Source: a virus (Duplodnaviria; Caudoviricetes). From it: DNA of 25,966 nt. The DNA is taken from positions 1 to 25,966 of the IMG/VR virus record IMGVR_UViG_3300005805_000424. One strand, written 5' to 3'. Shown here piece after piece: positions 8,404 to 16,663 of this stretch (position 1 is the first letter of the stretch; each line of letters opens with the position of its first letter). The translations under genes were made by a program, and so were the position numbers. The notes beneath the pieces were generated by a model, which saw nothing but the letters and a program-made list of their open reading frames with translations, did no database searches and had not been told where the DNA came from.

Positions 8404-8868
8404 TTACATGTGCAAGATATCAGACGGATCATTTAGGATCCCGATAATCTCGTCGTCGTTCAAAATGCGTATCTCGCCACCATCTATCGAGATACGGGAA
8501 CCTGCGTAACGCCCAAAGATAATCCAATCCCCTTCCTTGCACCAAGGGCCGTGAGGGAATTTGCTTTCATCGCTATACGCTAAATCACCCATCTTCAACA
8601 CATAACCACATGTGGTGGCCAGTTGTGTACGCTTTTGGGTTTCTTCAGCCAAAACGATACCGCCTTTGGATTTTTCTGCACCACGGTACGGCAAGATGGC
8701 AATACGCCATCCTGTAGGATTGGGAATCCTATCCATTACCTCGTTTTGAATCTTAGAGGGATCAAACTCCCCGTCCGCAGAATATGCGTCATCCAAACTC
8801 GGTCCGCGATCCGCGGCCTCTTGTTGCCACTTACGTTCAAGTGCAGTAAGTGTTGCGTCAGCTTCCAT
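8404..8868 (-). CDS. groES: Co-chaperonin GroES (Cpn10) homologue
   Basis: 'P.GWRIAILP....EKSKGGIVL.E......GYVLKMG...CKEGDWIIFGRYAG..I.IDGGEIRILNDDEIIGIL' is the Cpn10 signature including the GGI mobile loop. Confidence 0.9.
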   Translation of the reverse strand: MEADATLTALERKWQQEAADRGPSLDDAYSADGEFDPSKIQNEVMDRIPNPTGWRIAILPYRGAEKSKGGIVLAEETQKRTQLATTCGYVLKMGDLAYSDESKFPHGPWCKEGDWIIFGRYAGSRISIDGGEIRILNDDEIIGILNDPSDILHM

Positions 8869-8885
8869 TGGGTACTCCTTCAGGG

Positions 8886-9077
8886 TTAAAAATCATTTTG
8901 AGTTGCCCGTTTAACTAGTTCTCGAACGGACTGCTCTACCATTTTTAAGCCTTCAAGACGCCCCATCATGAACCGATACCGTTCCATGTCCGCAATCGTG
9001 CCATTAAGCACAATCGCCTCGGAGTCCTGCTGCAGTTTCCTGATTTCTTTCAGGACTGCCTCTGCAAATTCAAGCAT
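8886..9077 (-). CDS. Small helical conserved phage protein (63 aa)
   Basis: 'G...DMERYRFMMGRLEGL' motif; lies between the portal and GroES genes. Confidence 0.7.
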   Translation of the reverse strand: MLEFAEAVLKEIRKLQQDSEAIVLNGTIADMERYRFMMGRLEGLKMVEQSVRELVKRATQNDF

Positions 9078-9131
9078 GGTCTATTCCATGTAAGGCAGAC
9101 AGTTACAAGCCACCGTCTGGAGGCGTAAAAT

Positions 9132-9470
9132 TTAATACATGCGGGTTGATTTTTTCTTCATCACGCAGCCCTGACCGCGAGCCGTGACCATTCCGCCTTT
9201 TTTCATCTTCACGGGCGTGTCATCCTCTGGGTACTGCACTTCAGAGGCAGCCATGTCTTCGTAATCACGCGCCGATTGAGGCACCGACTCCATGTCCTTC
9301 CTTGCCTGCTTTGCATCATCACGCGCAGCTTTGCTCATGGTAGGCGCAATCCTACTAAGTAGATCGCGCTCTTCACGTTGTGCGCGCTGAAGCTTTTGGC
9401 GTGAGCGCTCCATCTTCTCTTTTTCAGATGCGGTAGGCTTACGTACAACCGCGGATTTATTGGGTGACAT
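9132..9470 (-). CDS. Hypothetical protein with C-terminal MKKGG..ARGQG motif (112 aa)
   Basis: AGGAG RBS; co-oriented in the operon. Confidence 0.7.
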   Translation of the reverse strand: MSPNKSAVVRKPTASEKEKMERSRQKLQRAQREERDLLSRIAPTMSKAARDDAKQARKDMESVPQSARDYEDMAASEVQYPEDDTPVKMKKGGMVTARGQGCVMKKKSTRMY

Positions 9471-9479
9471 ACCTAACTC

Positions 9480-9719
9480 CTAGTAAATTTTAACAGGGTA
9501 ATTGCCGTCACGCTTTTTAACGGTGCGCACCACGCCACCGTTTCTCATCTTTTTTGTTTTTCCCGCCGTAGACAAGGAAATAGCAATAGCTTGTTTCACT
9601 GCCTTACCCTTTGTCTTCGGTTTGCTCGTACCTATCGTGCCAGACTTTTCATAGTCTCTCACAATCTCGGAAATATTTCCACTCACAACCTTGTTGCTTC
9701 GTCCTTTTTTAAGAGGCAT
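9480..9719 (-). CDS. Small basic protein (79 aa), KQAIAI.LS.A motif (DUF6496-like)
   Basis: Start re-called to ATG 9719 (MPLKKGRSNKVVSGNISE), GGAG RBS inside the portal 3' end. Confidence 0.7.
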   Translation of the reverse strand: MPLKKGRSNKVVSGNISEIVRDYEKSGTIGTSKPKTKGKAVKQAIAISLSTAGKTKKMRNGGVVRTVKKRDGNYPVKIY

Positions 9720-12087
9720 TGCGTCGCTCCATCCCTTGTTGAAGAATCTGCGCACGCTCACGTGCGACTTCCGCACGCTGATCAGCAATGTTTTGCTGTG
9801 TCTGAACACGTATTTGCGTAGATTGCTGATTTTGTGCAATCTTTTCACGGTCAATGGCAATTTGCTCTTGGTCAATCTTCAAGTCAGCCTGGTCTTTAGC
9901 CGCCTGTTGAGCAAGTTCCTTTTCTTTGAGCGCAATAACAGGATCGGGTTGACCGCCACCGCCCGAAAGTTGGTTCTGCAGGTCACGCACCTCTTGCATA
10001 AACTGTGCACACTTCAGTGCAATCATGCCTTCTTTTTGGATTGACGACACCATGTGGTCAGGATCGCTGCCGTAATTCATGAAGATTTCGGCTTCGGTAT
10101 CTTCCTCGGCTTTTATACGCACATGCTCAAAAATATGCTTCTGCAAGGTTGCCGCCGCCGCGGGTAATGACCCTAAAATTGGGGACAAGCCCATAATTAA
10201 ATGCCCTGCAATGTGCGCATCATGCTGTTGCCCCGCAAAAGCCTTTAATTGCATGCCATCCAACACATCGGCATTTTCTGTCGCGGGATCCTTGGGCATT
10301 TGTGTGTTCTGCGGGCGCAAAATCCCGTCAATATCCCGAATGTTCAGCGCAGCATACACCCTATAGTACGCCTCGTACATGTTGTGCATCTGGGGCGCGG
10401 TCTGCGCTAATTGCAATTGTGTCTGGGCAAGCGTAATGCGTTGCGCAGCAGAAAAAATATTAGGATCTGCCACGGGCAAGACCGCTACCATCTTGCTGAA
10501 ATCGTGTTTTTTAATGGAGCGCGAGGCACCTGGCACATCGTAGGGGTACTCTTCGGGCAAATACTCGCCAAAACCTCTGGCAAGCATTTCAAATTCCATT
10601 TTTTGCGCATAATGCATGCGCTTATGGATGGCCGACATCACCATGGAGCCACGCTCAAGCAGCGCAATGGTGGTGCCCACCGCCGCATTCTGGTTTCCAT
10701 CGCCTACTTGCATGTCCGCCGTGCTTGCCAGACGCTTGCCTGCCTCCACCGTAAAGCCCAACAACTGAAATAGTGTCTGCGAAGGCTCTTTATACGGTAA
10801 CGGAAGCAGCGAAGAGGTTAATTCCGCACCGCCCGCATCAATATCACGCCACTCACCAGGCTGGATCGGCTGATCATCATCCGCGATCCGCGCGCCTTTG
10901 GCCTTGAAACCCGCAGGCAAGTTTGCCAGAGTACCCGAATCCAATAATTGACGAAGAGCTGCCGTTGCTGTCTTAGATAAGCCGCCAATCAGATGGACAA
11001 AACCCAAGCCGTACGCACCCAAGCCCTCAACCAAGACGTAATGCACAAAATATTCGCGACGTTCAAACTTTTTGTTGCCTTCAGTCCAGTTGCGACGCAC
11101 GCTCAAAACCTTGCCGCTCGACTCATCTAAGGTCACCACATACGGCAACTTGATTTCTGTCGGTTCGCCGTCCTCGCCCACGTCCTCAAAGCCTGGAATA
11201 TTTAATGCAACTTGGAATTCCAACAGGAAAAGCTCTTCGGGGGAGCCCGATTCCACGACTCCTGTCTGCTTGTCCACCGAATAACGAATCTGACTAGCAT
11301 CCGCGGGCACGCCCAACGCAGAAACATTGACATCCAAGTACTCGCCTGCGACCACGCGCTTGCGAAAATCATTGGAATCCATCGCAATACGGTGCGTGAT
11401 CCGCGGGCATTGGCTCATGACGCTTGAACCCCAGTACGGGATATACACGTCATCAGGCAAACAGAGCTTGCTCACCATGCGTCCAAGCTGCTCGTCGTAA
11501 TAAATCTTTTTAAATGCCGAGCCGCCGTACCCTGTGTAGAACAAAAGTTGATCAAACTCCGGTGTGTACTCTTTCATTACCGTCGTGATCTGGTAATTCA
11601 TAAAGTCTTGCACGCGAGAAGCTTGTTGAGCCTTGTCTAACGTCTCTTTGCCCACGATCTGCGTGCGCACGGGACCACCCGCAGGCATCAGTTCCTTCAT
11701 GGCTTGGGACTGAAACTGCACAATCGCCTCAGTCAACATGGGATGCACCGCACCGGCCGCTCCTCGGAAAGGCTTCGTGCGCTCTTCAATCTTTAAACCA
11801 AGAAGCTCCAAACCCTTGGAATACATCTGTTCCCAGTCGCCACGGCCAGATTTGTCCGCCTCAAACATCGCCATTAATTCAATAGAAATGTGCGACAACT
11901 CGCCCTCGTCAATGACCTCGGCCAAGTTGCCATAGAAACCAACTTCATTGGCCTCGTCGTCACCGATTTCAATCAAAGCGCCACCGTCGTCTTCTAGGAC
12001 GATCTCAATGTCAGGCATTTGTGACACCTCTGGCTGCTCGATTTCCACGGTAATCGGAGCGGGATTAACGCTTTTTTCTATAGGCAT
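9709..12087 (-). CDS. Portal protein (P22-like, 792 aa)
   Basis: Size, position after the terminase, motifs 'HPML.EA.VQFQ.QA..EL.PA.GPV', 'GSAFKK.YYD', 'YG.G..HLIG', 'GTT.ALLE.G..VMSAIHKR.H', C-terminal coiled coil. Confidence 0.88.
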   Translation of the reverse strand: MPIEKSVNPAPITVEIEQPEVSQMPDIEIVLEDDGGALIEIGDDEANEVGFYGNLAEVIDEGELSHISIELMAMFEADKSGRGDWEQMYSKGLELLGLKIEERTKPFRGAAGAVHPMLTEAIVQFQSQAMKELMPAGGPVRTQIVGKETLDKAQQASRVQDFMNYQITTVMKEYTPEFDQLLFYTGYGGSAFKKIYYDEQLGRMVSKLCLPDDVYIPYWGSSVMSQCPRITHRIAMDSNDFRKRVVAGEYLDVNVSALGVPADASQIRYSVDKQTGVVESGSPEELFLLEFQVALNIPGFEDVGEDGEPTEIKLPYVVTLDESSGKVLSVRRNWTEGNKKFERREYFVHYVLVEGLGAYGLGFVHLIGGLSKTATAALRQLLDSGTLANLPAGFKAKGARIADDDQPIQPGEWRDIDAGGAELTSSLLPLPYKEPSQTLFQLLGFTVEAGKRLASTADMQVGDGNQNAAVGTTIALLERGSMVMSAIHKRMHYAQKMEFEMLARGFGEYLPEEYPYDVPGASRSIKKHDFSKMVAVLPVADPNIFSAAQRITLAQTQLQLAQTAPQMHNMYEAYYRVYAALNIRDIDGILRPQNTQMPKDPATENADVLDGMQLKAFAGQQHDAHIAGHLIMGLSPILGSLPAAAATLQKHIFEHVRIKAEEDTEAEIFMNYGSDPDHMVSSIQKEGMIALKCAQFMQEVRDLQNQLSGGGGQPDPVIALKEKELAQQAAKDQADLKIDQEQIAIDREKIAQNQQSTQIRVQTQQNIADQRAEVARERAQILQQGMERRNAS

Positions 12088-12105
12088 TTGTAAAACCTTG
12101 TTGTG

Positions 12106-13377
12106 TTAACCACCACCAGAATCGTTATACCAATAGTTTTGTTCTTGGTACTCTGGTGAGTTTAAAATGCTTTGCCGTATCTCTTCTTCCGACGCGTTTC
12201 TATTTGCAGCGATACCTGTTGGATCAGGAGCACGGCCCAGTAACTCTTGATACAAGGCCTCTATCCCCCCAATGTTGGGGTTTTGTGCTTGGTATTCTGG
12301 AGATGCGGCAATACTTTGGCGAATAACCTCGTCGGACTGCCCTACATTTGCAGCAACTCCTGTCGGGTCAGGGGCACGACCGAGCATTTCTTGGTATATG
12401 TTGGCAATCCCCCCACCAGGCGCTCCCGCACCTGCTCTTGCTTGATACTCAGGCGAGCTTAAAATGCTTTGGCGGATTGTTTCTGCAGAAGCGCCTTGAT
12501 TTGCTGCAAGCCCCGTTGGGTCAGGGGCACGACCTAGCAACTCTCGGTATAGTTGCGTAATAACGTCCGCGCCCACACCCGGTGATCCCGCTACAGGGGC
12601 GCTGGCGCCCGCAATCTTTTTCTTGTACTCATCCGAAGCTAGAATGCTTTTGCGGATTGTATCAATTGAAGCACCCTTATTTACAGCAAGACCTGTTGGG
12701 TCTACTTCTCGCCCTAACAACTCCCTGTACAAACGTGCTATGTCCGCCGTGCTTGCAGCGGCGGCGGCACCCGTTGATCCCACCACAGGGGCAGCCGCAG
12801 CACCTGCGCCAGACCTGCCGCTTATGTTACGTAAGCTTTCCGCTATCCTAGCGTCTTCTTGACTCTTCGCTGCATACTGTGCTTGGGAGGTAGCCTCCAT
12901 GGCACGTCGCCTTGCAGCACTATTCTCCGCACGAATAGCCTCGGTAAGTGCTGCTTGACGTGTGTAAAAATCATTGGCCGTGTTGTCCGCCGCTGTAGGC
13001 GTTCTTACTTGGGGAACGGGGACATTAAAGTCATAAATACTTGACCCAGTCGATCCAAAGGAAGGCTGTTGCACTAAAGGTGGTGCCGGCAAAACAGGGG
13101 AAACAGCCGCAGGCGACATGGATCCAAACATCGGACGCGGTGCCCTAAGCCCTGCGATGTCCGTGTTTAACGCCCCAAAAGTCGGCCTAAGCGCTCGGGG
13201 AGTAAAGGGAGTAGGTGTAGATGAAAGAAAGGCAAGAGGATCAGCGCTCTGCGCAGTAGGCAACGCGGTTTCTTCTACCAAACCGCCGTCTGCATATCCC
13301 ACCGATTGTTGTTGCAAAGGCGTTAAATCCTTCGCTCTACCTAACGCATCTAACATCATGCGAGAACGCGTATCCAT
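12106..13377 (-). CDS. 423-aa protein with four C-terminal DUF4214-like repeats
   Basis: Four copies of LY(R/Q)E(L/M)LGR(A/E)(P/V)DPTG.A.N...S.(E/D).IR.SI..S(P/D)EY; Pro/Ala-rich N-terminal half. Confidence 0.75.
   Translation of the reverse strand: MDTRSRMMLDALGRAKDLTPLQQQSVGYADGGLVEETALPTAQSADPLAFLSSTPTPFTPRALRPTFGALNTDIAGLRAPRPMFGSMSPAAVSPVLPAPPLVQQPSFGSTGSSIYDFNVPVPQVRTPTAADNTANDFYTRQAALTEAIRAENSAARRRAMEATSQAQYAAKSQEDARIAESLRNISGRSGAGAAAAPVVGSTGAAAAASTADIARLYRELLGREVDPTGLAVNKGASIDTIRKSILASDEYKKKIAGASAPVAGSPGVGADVITQLYRELLGRAPDPTGLAANQGASAETIRQSILSSPEYQARAGAGAPGGGIANIYQEMLGRAPDPTGVAANVGQSDEVIRQSIAASPEYQAQNPNIGGIEALYQELLGRAPDPTGIAANRNASEEEIRQSILNSPEYQEQNYWYNDSGGG
12145..12740 (-). repeat. 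Intragenic tandem repeats (4 x about 38 aa)
   Basis: Repeat visible in protein and DNA (GGGTCAGGGGCACGACC occurs twice on the + strand). Confidence 0.85.
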
Positions 13378-13407
13378 GGGACAACCCCGCTAAAAATAAT
13401 TACTCCG

Positions 13408-13437
13408 ATTGTATACCTCAATAGTACTCAGGTACAA
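13408..13437 (-). promoter_or_regulatory. Possible sigma70-like promoter for the repeat-protein/portal genes
   Basis: TTGTAC (13437-13432) - 18 nt - TACAAT (13413-13408), spanning the terL stop. Confidence 0.4.
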
Positions 13438-15919
13438 CCCCCGCATCTGAACTCGCCTCCTCCGCCTCATCGGAGTCCAGAGCAATAAAATTCCCCGTCC
13501 TAAACCGCATCCACGCCTGTACCGTACTGTCCACTTGGTCGTCATTGTCCCCGTTCGGGAATGCCGCGCACTCCTCGACCAACTCCTCGGCCCAATGCTC
13601 GTCAGGCGCCCACACCATCCCCGCCTCCAAAATAGGCGCCACCGCGTTGGCTCTAGAAACCTTGTCCTGCCCCGCTCGTCTGCCCCCAGGCGCGTACATC
13701 GTCACAGGAATCCCCACGCGCCGCAGCTCCTGCTGCAAAGTAGTTCCCGTCGCCTTCGCCTCAATCAGTACATTGTCAGGATTCCAGTACTTGTACTCCG
13801 CAATCGCCACCCGTTTGAGCTCAGGAAAGTCCCACCGACCGCGCTTGACGGCCAACAAGATAATGTTTGGCCCATCGTCCGCACTGGGGTAAAACACCCC
13901 CCACGTCGTAATCACAGAAAAGTCCGCCGTCTCCTTCTTGGAGTACGCCGTGTCGTAGCTCTGGATAATATACTCCACAGGGGGAGGCTCACTTTGCTGC
14001 CACACGCGCCACCACTCGCGCTTGAGAATCGCCCCCTCATCGGCCGTCGGGCGCTGCTGGTACATCGCATTCCACTTCTGCACGGACAGCGACGCGCGAA
14101 CCCCCTCCAACTCCTCAAGCTTCCAGAACTCCGGCCACAACGCGCGGCCACTGGGCAAGATAGCAGGAAACTCAATTACCTCCCACTGATCCGCATTCTT
14201 TCCCTGCTGTGACTTCAATAACCTAGCCGTCAGATCCTTGGTCCCCCATCGGGTCATAACCACCACAATCGCCCCGCCTGGCTGCAAACGTGTCCGTGGA
14301 CCCGAGCTATACCACTCCCACGCATTGTCCAACGCTAACTCACTCATCGCATCTTGCTCCGAGTGCGGATCATCAATCACCAAGACATCCGCGCCACGCC
14401 CCGTCATCGCTCCACCCACACCCACCGCAAAATACTCCCCTCCCTTATTCGTGTCCCACCGACCCGCCGCCTTGCTGTCTTGCTTCAACAGAACACCAGG
14501 GAAAATCTCCTTGTACACGTCCGTGTCCATCAAGTCGCGCACCTTCCTGCCAAAACGCACCGCTAACTCGCCATTGTGCGTCGCCTCAATTGCCTTGGTC
14601 CGCGGATCACGTCCCATCAAAAAAGCTGGCAGAAGATAGGATGCAAATTCGGATTTTGTGTTGTGAGTACAGATGTATCCTTCACCTGCCAAGAACAACC
14701 CATCCTCCCGATCCACCTTAATGCATTGCGTATCTCCGGTACAACCAAGCTTTCTAATGCGAATGTATCTGCCAAAAGTACGCTCACTTTTTAGGGTTCG
14801 CTCTTCTTTGCGGGGAAGGAAGCAAATGTTGCTGGCATAGAAAGAAATTTTCCAAGAATTGCCATAAGACTTGTCTCCGATCTTTGCCTCTGACACAAGG
14901 ATATTGGCTTTAATTCCTAGGCTCCGGATAAGCTCTGCCGCTTGGTCAATAAATGCCCGATTGCTCTGTGCAAAGAAACACTGGCCTTTTTTGGATATAT
15001 TCCCATCTGAATCCATTAGCCCTTTCAACAAGTCACGGCGCTGGCTTTTGCTCGCCGTCATGTACGCTGCAGGAATATGCTTGTTGCCCAATACGCCAAG
15101 ATCACGCAGTTTAACTTTAAGACCAAGAATGCCAAACGTCATTTTTGTAGACTGATCTGTTGTGGCATAGCCTCGACGCTCAACTTCAGGACGTATAAAT
15201 GCGGCGTCCTCGTCGTGTGACGTAATAATTCCATTATCTTTGTGTCCGTCACCTAACCATAGGCCAAGCACATAGGGGTCTATAGGCAGGTCTGCTTCTG
15301 CATATTGAACAGGCAAACAATCAGGCAATCTCGGAAGCCGTGGCTTTACCATGTGAATGCCTTTAATAAACTCTACCTCTCCCGATCTCTTGGTTCTCAG
15401 AACTTCGCCATTCTGCCGACGCCACAATTGTTCTGTGGTGTAGTCATGGTAAACGGAACCTTTTCTGTCAAGCCGGACAGTCCACAGGTGCTCGCCGTCC
15501 ACGTCAAGGTAAGTATTATCATCCGTCCAAACGCGATATAACTCCCTGTCCTTAAAGACCTCAGACTTCCCCAAAACCTTAACAGGGCATCCGTCAGGAC
15601 CAAAGACAAAGTCTCCTGGCTGCAGGTTTGCCATCGTTTTAAAACCGCTTGTGGTAGGTATTTTCATATCCACCATTATAGCATGTCTTGGAGGCATGTT
15701 CACAATCAACCGCTTTAACGTCCCATTGGCAATCCTGTCAAACGCATCAGCCATAATCCGGTGATGCTCACCAAGAATCGCGGCCGGCCAGACGTATTTG
15801 ACAAAGTCGATGAAGTGCGTACGCGCCTTTTCCTGCGCCTCCAACATCTGCAGACGCAACTCTAGCCGCAGCTTCTCAGCCTCTAACTCCGCCCCATGAC
15901 CGCTACGCATAGTATTCAT
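13418..15919 (-). CDS. terL: Terminase large subunit, intein-containing
   Basis: Walker A PPRH/TKS (split by the intein), 'TGRGADVLVIDDP' Walker B, 'VMTRW', nuclease motifs 'QSYDTA', 'IEAKATG', 'FPNGDNDDQVDS'; start ATG 15919 preferred to GTG 15940. Confidence 0.95.
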   Translation of the reverse strand: MNTMRSGHGAELEAEKLRLELRLQMLEAQEKARTHFIDFVKYVWPAAILGEHHRIMADAFDRIANGTLKRLIVNMPPRHAIMVDMKIPTTSGFKTMANLQPGDFVFGPDGCPVKVLGKSEVFKDRELYRVWTDDNTYLDVDGEHLWTVRLDRKGSVYHDYTTEQLWRRQNGEVLRTKRSGEVEFIKGIHMVKPRLPRLPDCLPVQYAEADLPIDPYVLGLWLGDGHKDNGIITSHDEDAAFIRPEVERRGYATTDQSTKMTFGILGLKVKLRDLGVLGNKHIPAAYMTASKSQRRDLLKGLMDSDGNISKKGQCFFAQSNRAFIDQAAELIRSLGIKANILVSEAKIGDKSYGNSWKISFYASNICFLPRKEERTLKSERTFGRYIRIRKLGCTGDTQCIKVDREDGLFLAGEGYICTHNTKSEFASYLLPAFLMGRDPRTKAIEATHNGELAVRFGRKVRDLMDTDVYKEIFPGVLLKQDSKAAGRWDTNKGGEYFAVGVGGAMTGRGADVLVIDDPHSEQDAMSELALDNAWEWYSSGPRTRLQPGGAIVVVMTRWGTKDLTARLLKSQQGKNADQWEVIEFPAILPSGRALWPEFWKLEELEGVRASLSVQKWNAMYQQRPTADEGAILKREWWRVWQQSEPPPVEYIIQSYDTAYSKKETADFSVITTWGVFYPSADDGPNIILLAVKRGRWDFPELKRVAIAEYKYWNPDNVLIEAKATGTTLQQELRRVGIPVTMYAPGGRRAGQDKVSRANAVAPILEAGMVWAPDEHWAEELVEECAAFPNGDNDDQVDSTVQAWMRFRTGNFIALDSDEAEEASSDAGVVPEYY
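14660..15682 (-). mobile_element. Intein (341 aa), Ala1 / class 3 signature, with LAGLIDADG homing endonuclease
   Basis: Removing AIMVD...ICTHN restores MPPRH-TKSEFASY; block B 'DGEHLW', block C 'LGLWLGDG', block E 'LKGLMDSDG', block F 'TQCIKV', block G 'THN/T'. Confidence 0.93.
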
Positions 15920-16246
15920 GGCGCAAATAATATCACGCACCGCGGAGCGCGAGGCAAGAAGAACGGCTCAAGGATCACGGCTCAAGGGCAAAAGTCATTT
16001 GCGTTTGAATTTTGCAAAAAATTTTGGGGAAATCGTTTATAGAACAAAGGGGGAGGGTTCACGGATCAAGGGGCTAAGGTCGCTTTAGTCATTTGCGATT
16101 CGGCGCTAATATTTTGTGCGAAATAGGGCTTAAGCTGCCGCTAGGGAAAAAGGGGGGCTATTTTGCGGAGTGAGTGCTAACTAACCTAGGGTAAACCCGA
16201 AGTGCTCAAGGTACCCTGAGGGTTAACCCTGAGCCAAGCGCCTAGG

Positions 16247-16292
16247 ATAGGAAAAGCCTATCGGATTCCTGGACCTGATAGGCGTTGACAAT
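16247..16292. promoter_or_regulatory. Paired ATAG-N7-CTAT (LysR/OxyR-type) boxes, unit 1
   Basis: ATAG-GAAAAGC-CTAT, 16 nt, ATAG-GCGTTGA-CAAT. Confidence 0.45.
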
Positions 16293-16358
16293 GGCGCTGG
16301 ATGCGTGGATCGTGCGGCATGGATCACGGATCACGTGCCACGGATCACGGATCACGAT

Positions 16359-16374
16359 TGTTTCACGTGAAACA
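16359..16374. promoter_or_regulatory. parS: parS site 1
   Basis: Exact TGTTTCACGTGAAACA, the canonical bacterial chromosomal ParB-binding palindrome. Confidence 0.88.
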
Positions 16375-16411
16375 ATTGAAACGATCCGTGACCCATGCCC
16401 ACGGATCACGC

Positions 16412-16456
16412 ATAGGGAAAGCCTATCACCCGCCTGGATTCATAGCCCACGACTAT
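16412..16456. promoter_or_regulatory. Paired ATAG-N7-CTAT boxes, unit 2
   Basis: ATAG-GGAAAGC-CTAT, 15 nt, ATAG-CCCACGA-CTAT. Confidence 0.45.
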
Positions 16457-16475
16457 CGGACCAGATTCCCTCAAT

Positions 16476-16491
16476 TGTTTCACGTGAAACA
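16476..16491. promoter_or_regulatory. parS: parS site 2
   Basis: Exact TGTTTCACGTGAAACA within a 22-bp perfect palindrome (16473-16494). Confidence 0.88.
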
Positions 16492-16663
16492 ATTTGGATG
16501 GATCACGCACCACGGATCACGGAAAAATCTAGAAGAAAAACGGATCACGGATCACGTGCCTATTTTAGAAAATATTGGTGAGTTTAGGGGAATAGTACGT
16601 AAATACATACTATTGGTAGTGAATTCCACTATTTTTTAATTATGATACGGGAATTTTCCCTAT

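Larger units (their letters stand above)
15972..16555 (+). repeat. Phased heptamer repeats (GGATCAC and variants)
   Basis: GGATCAC at 15972, 16321, 16328, 16342, 16349, 16403, 16500, 16514, 16542 and 16549, with in-phase variants GTGCCAC and GCACCAC. Confidence 0.85.

Noticed and set aside
442-11935. Many short alternative-frame and plus-strand ORFs across the structural operon
   Set aside because: Shadow ORFs of a tightly packed minus-strand operon whose genes are already linked by RBSs and stop-start coupling
13535-14721. Long plus-strand ORFs (225, 133 and 143 aa) antisense to terL
   Set aside because: Explained by the strong C-rich skew of this strand opposite a conserved gene; no RBS or recognisable motifs
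16172-16180. GAGTGCTAA, the right arm of a CIRCE (HrcA) element, tempting given the phage groES
   Set aside because: Left arm TTAGCACTC is absent 9 nt upstream and the site is far from groES
16285-16315. Perfect TTGACA -35 hexamer
   Set aside because: No acceptable -10 at 16-18 nt spacing; it lies inside an ATAG-N7-CAAT box
16285-16639. ORFs of 98 and 112 aa in the hub region
   Set aside because: Their repeated peptides (HGSRIT, VSRET, FHVKQ) are translations of the heptamer and parS DNA repeats
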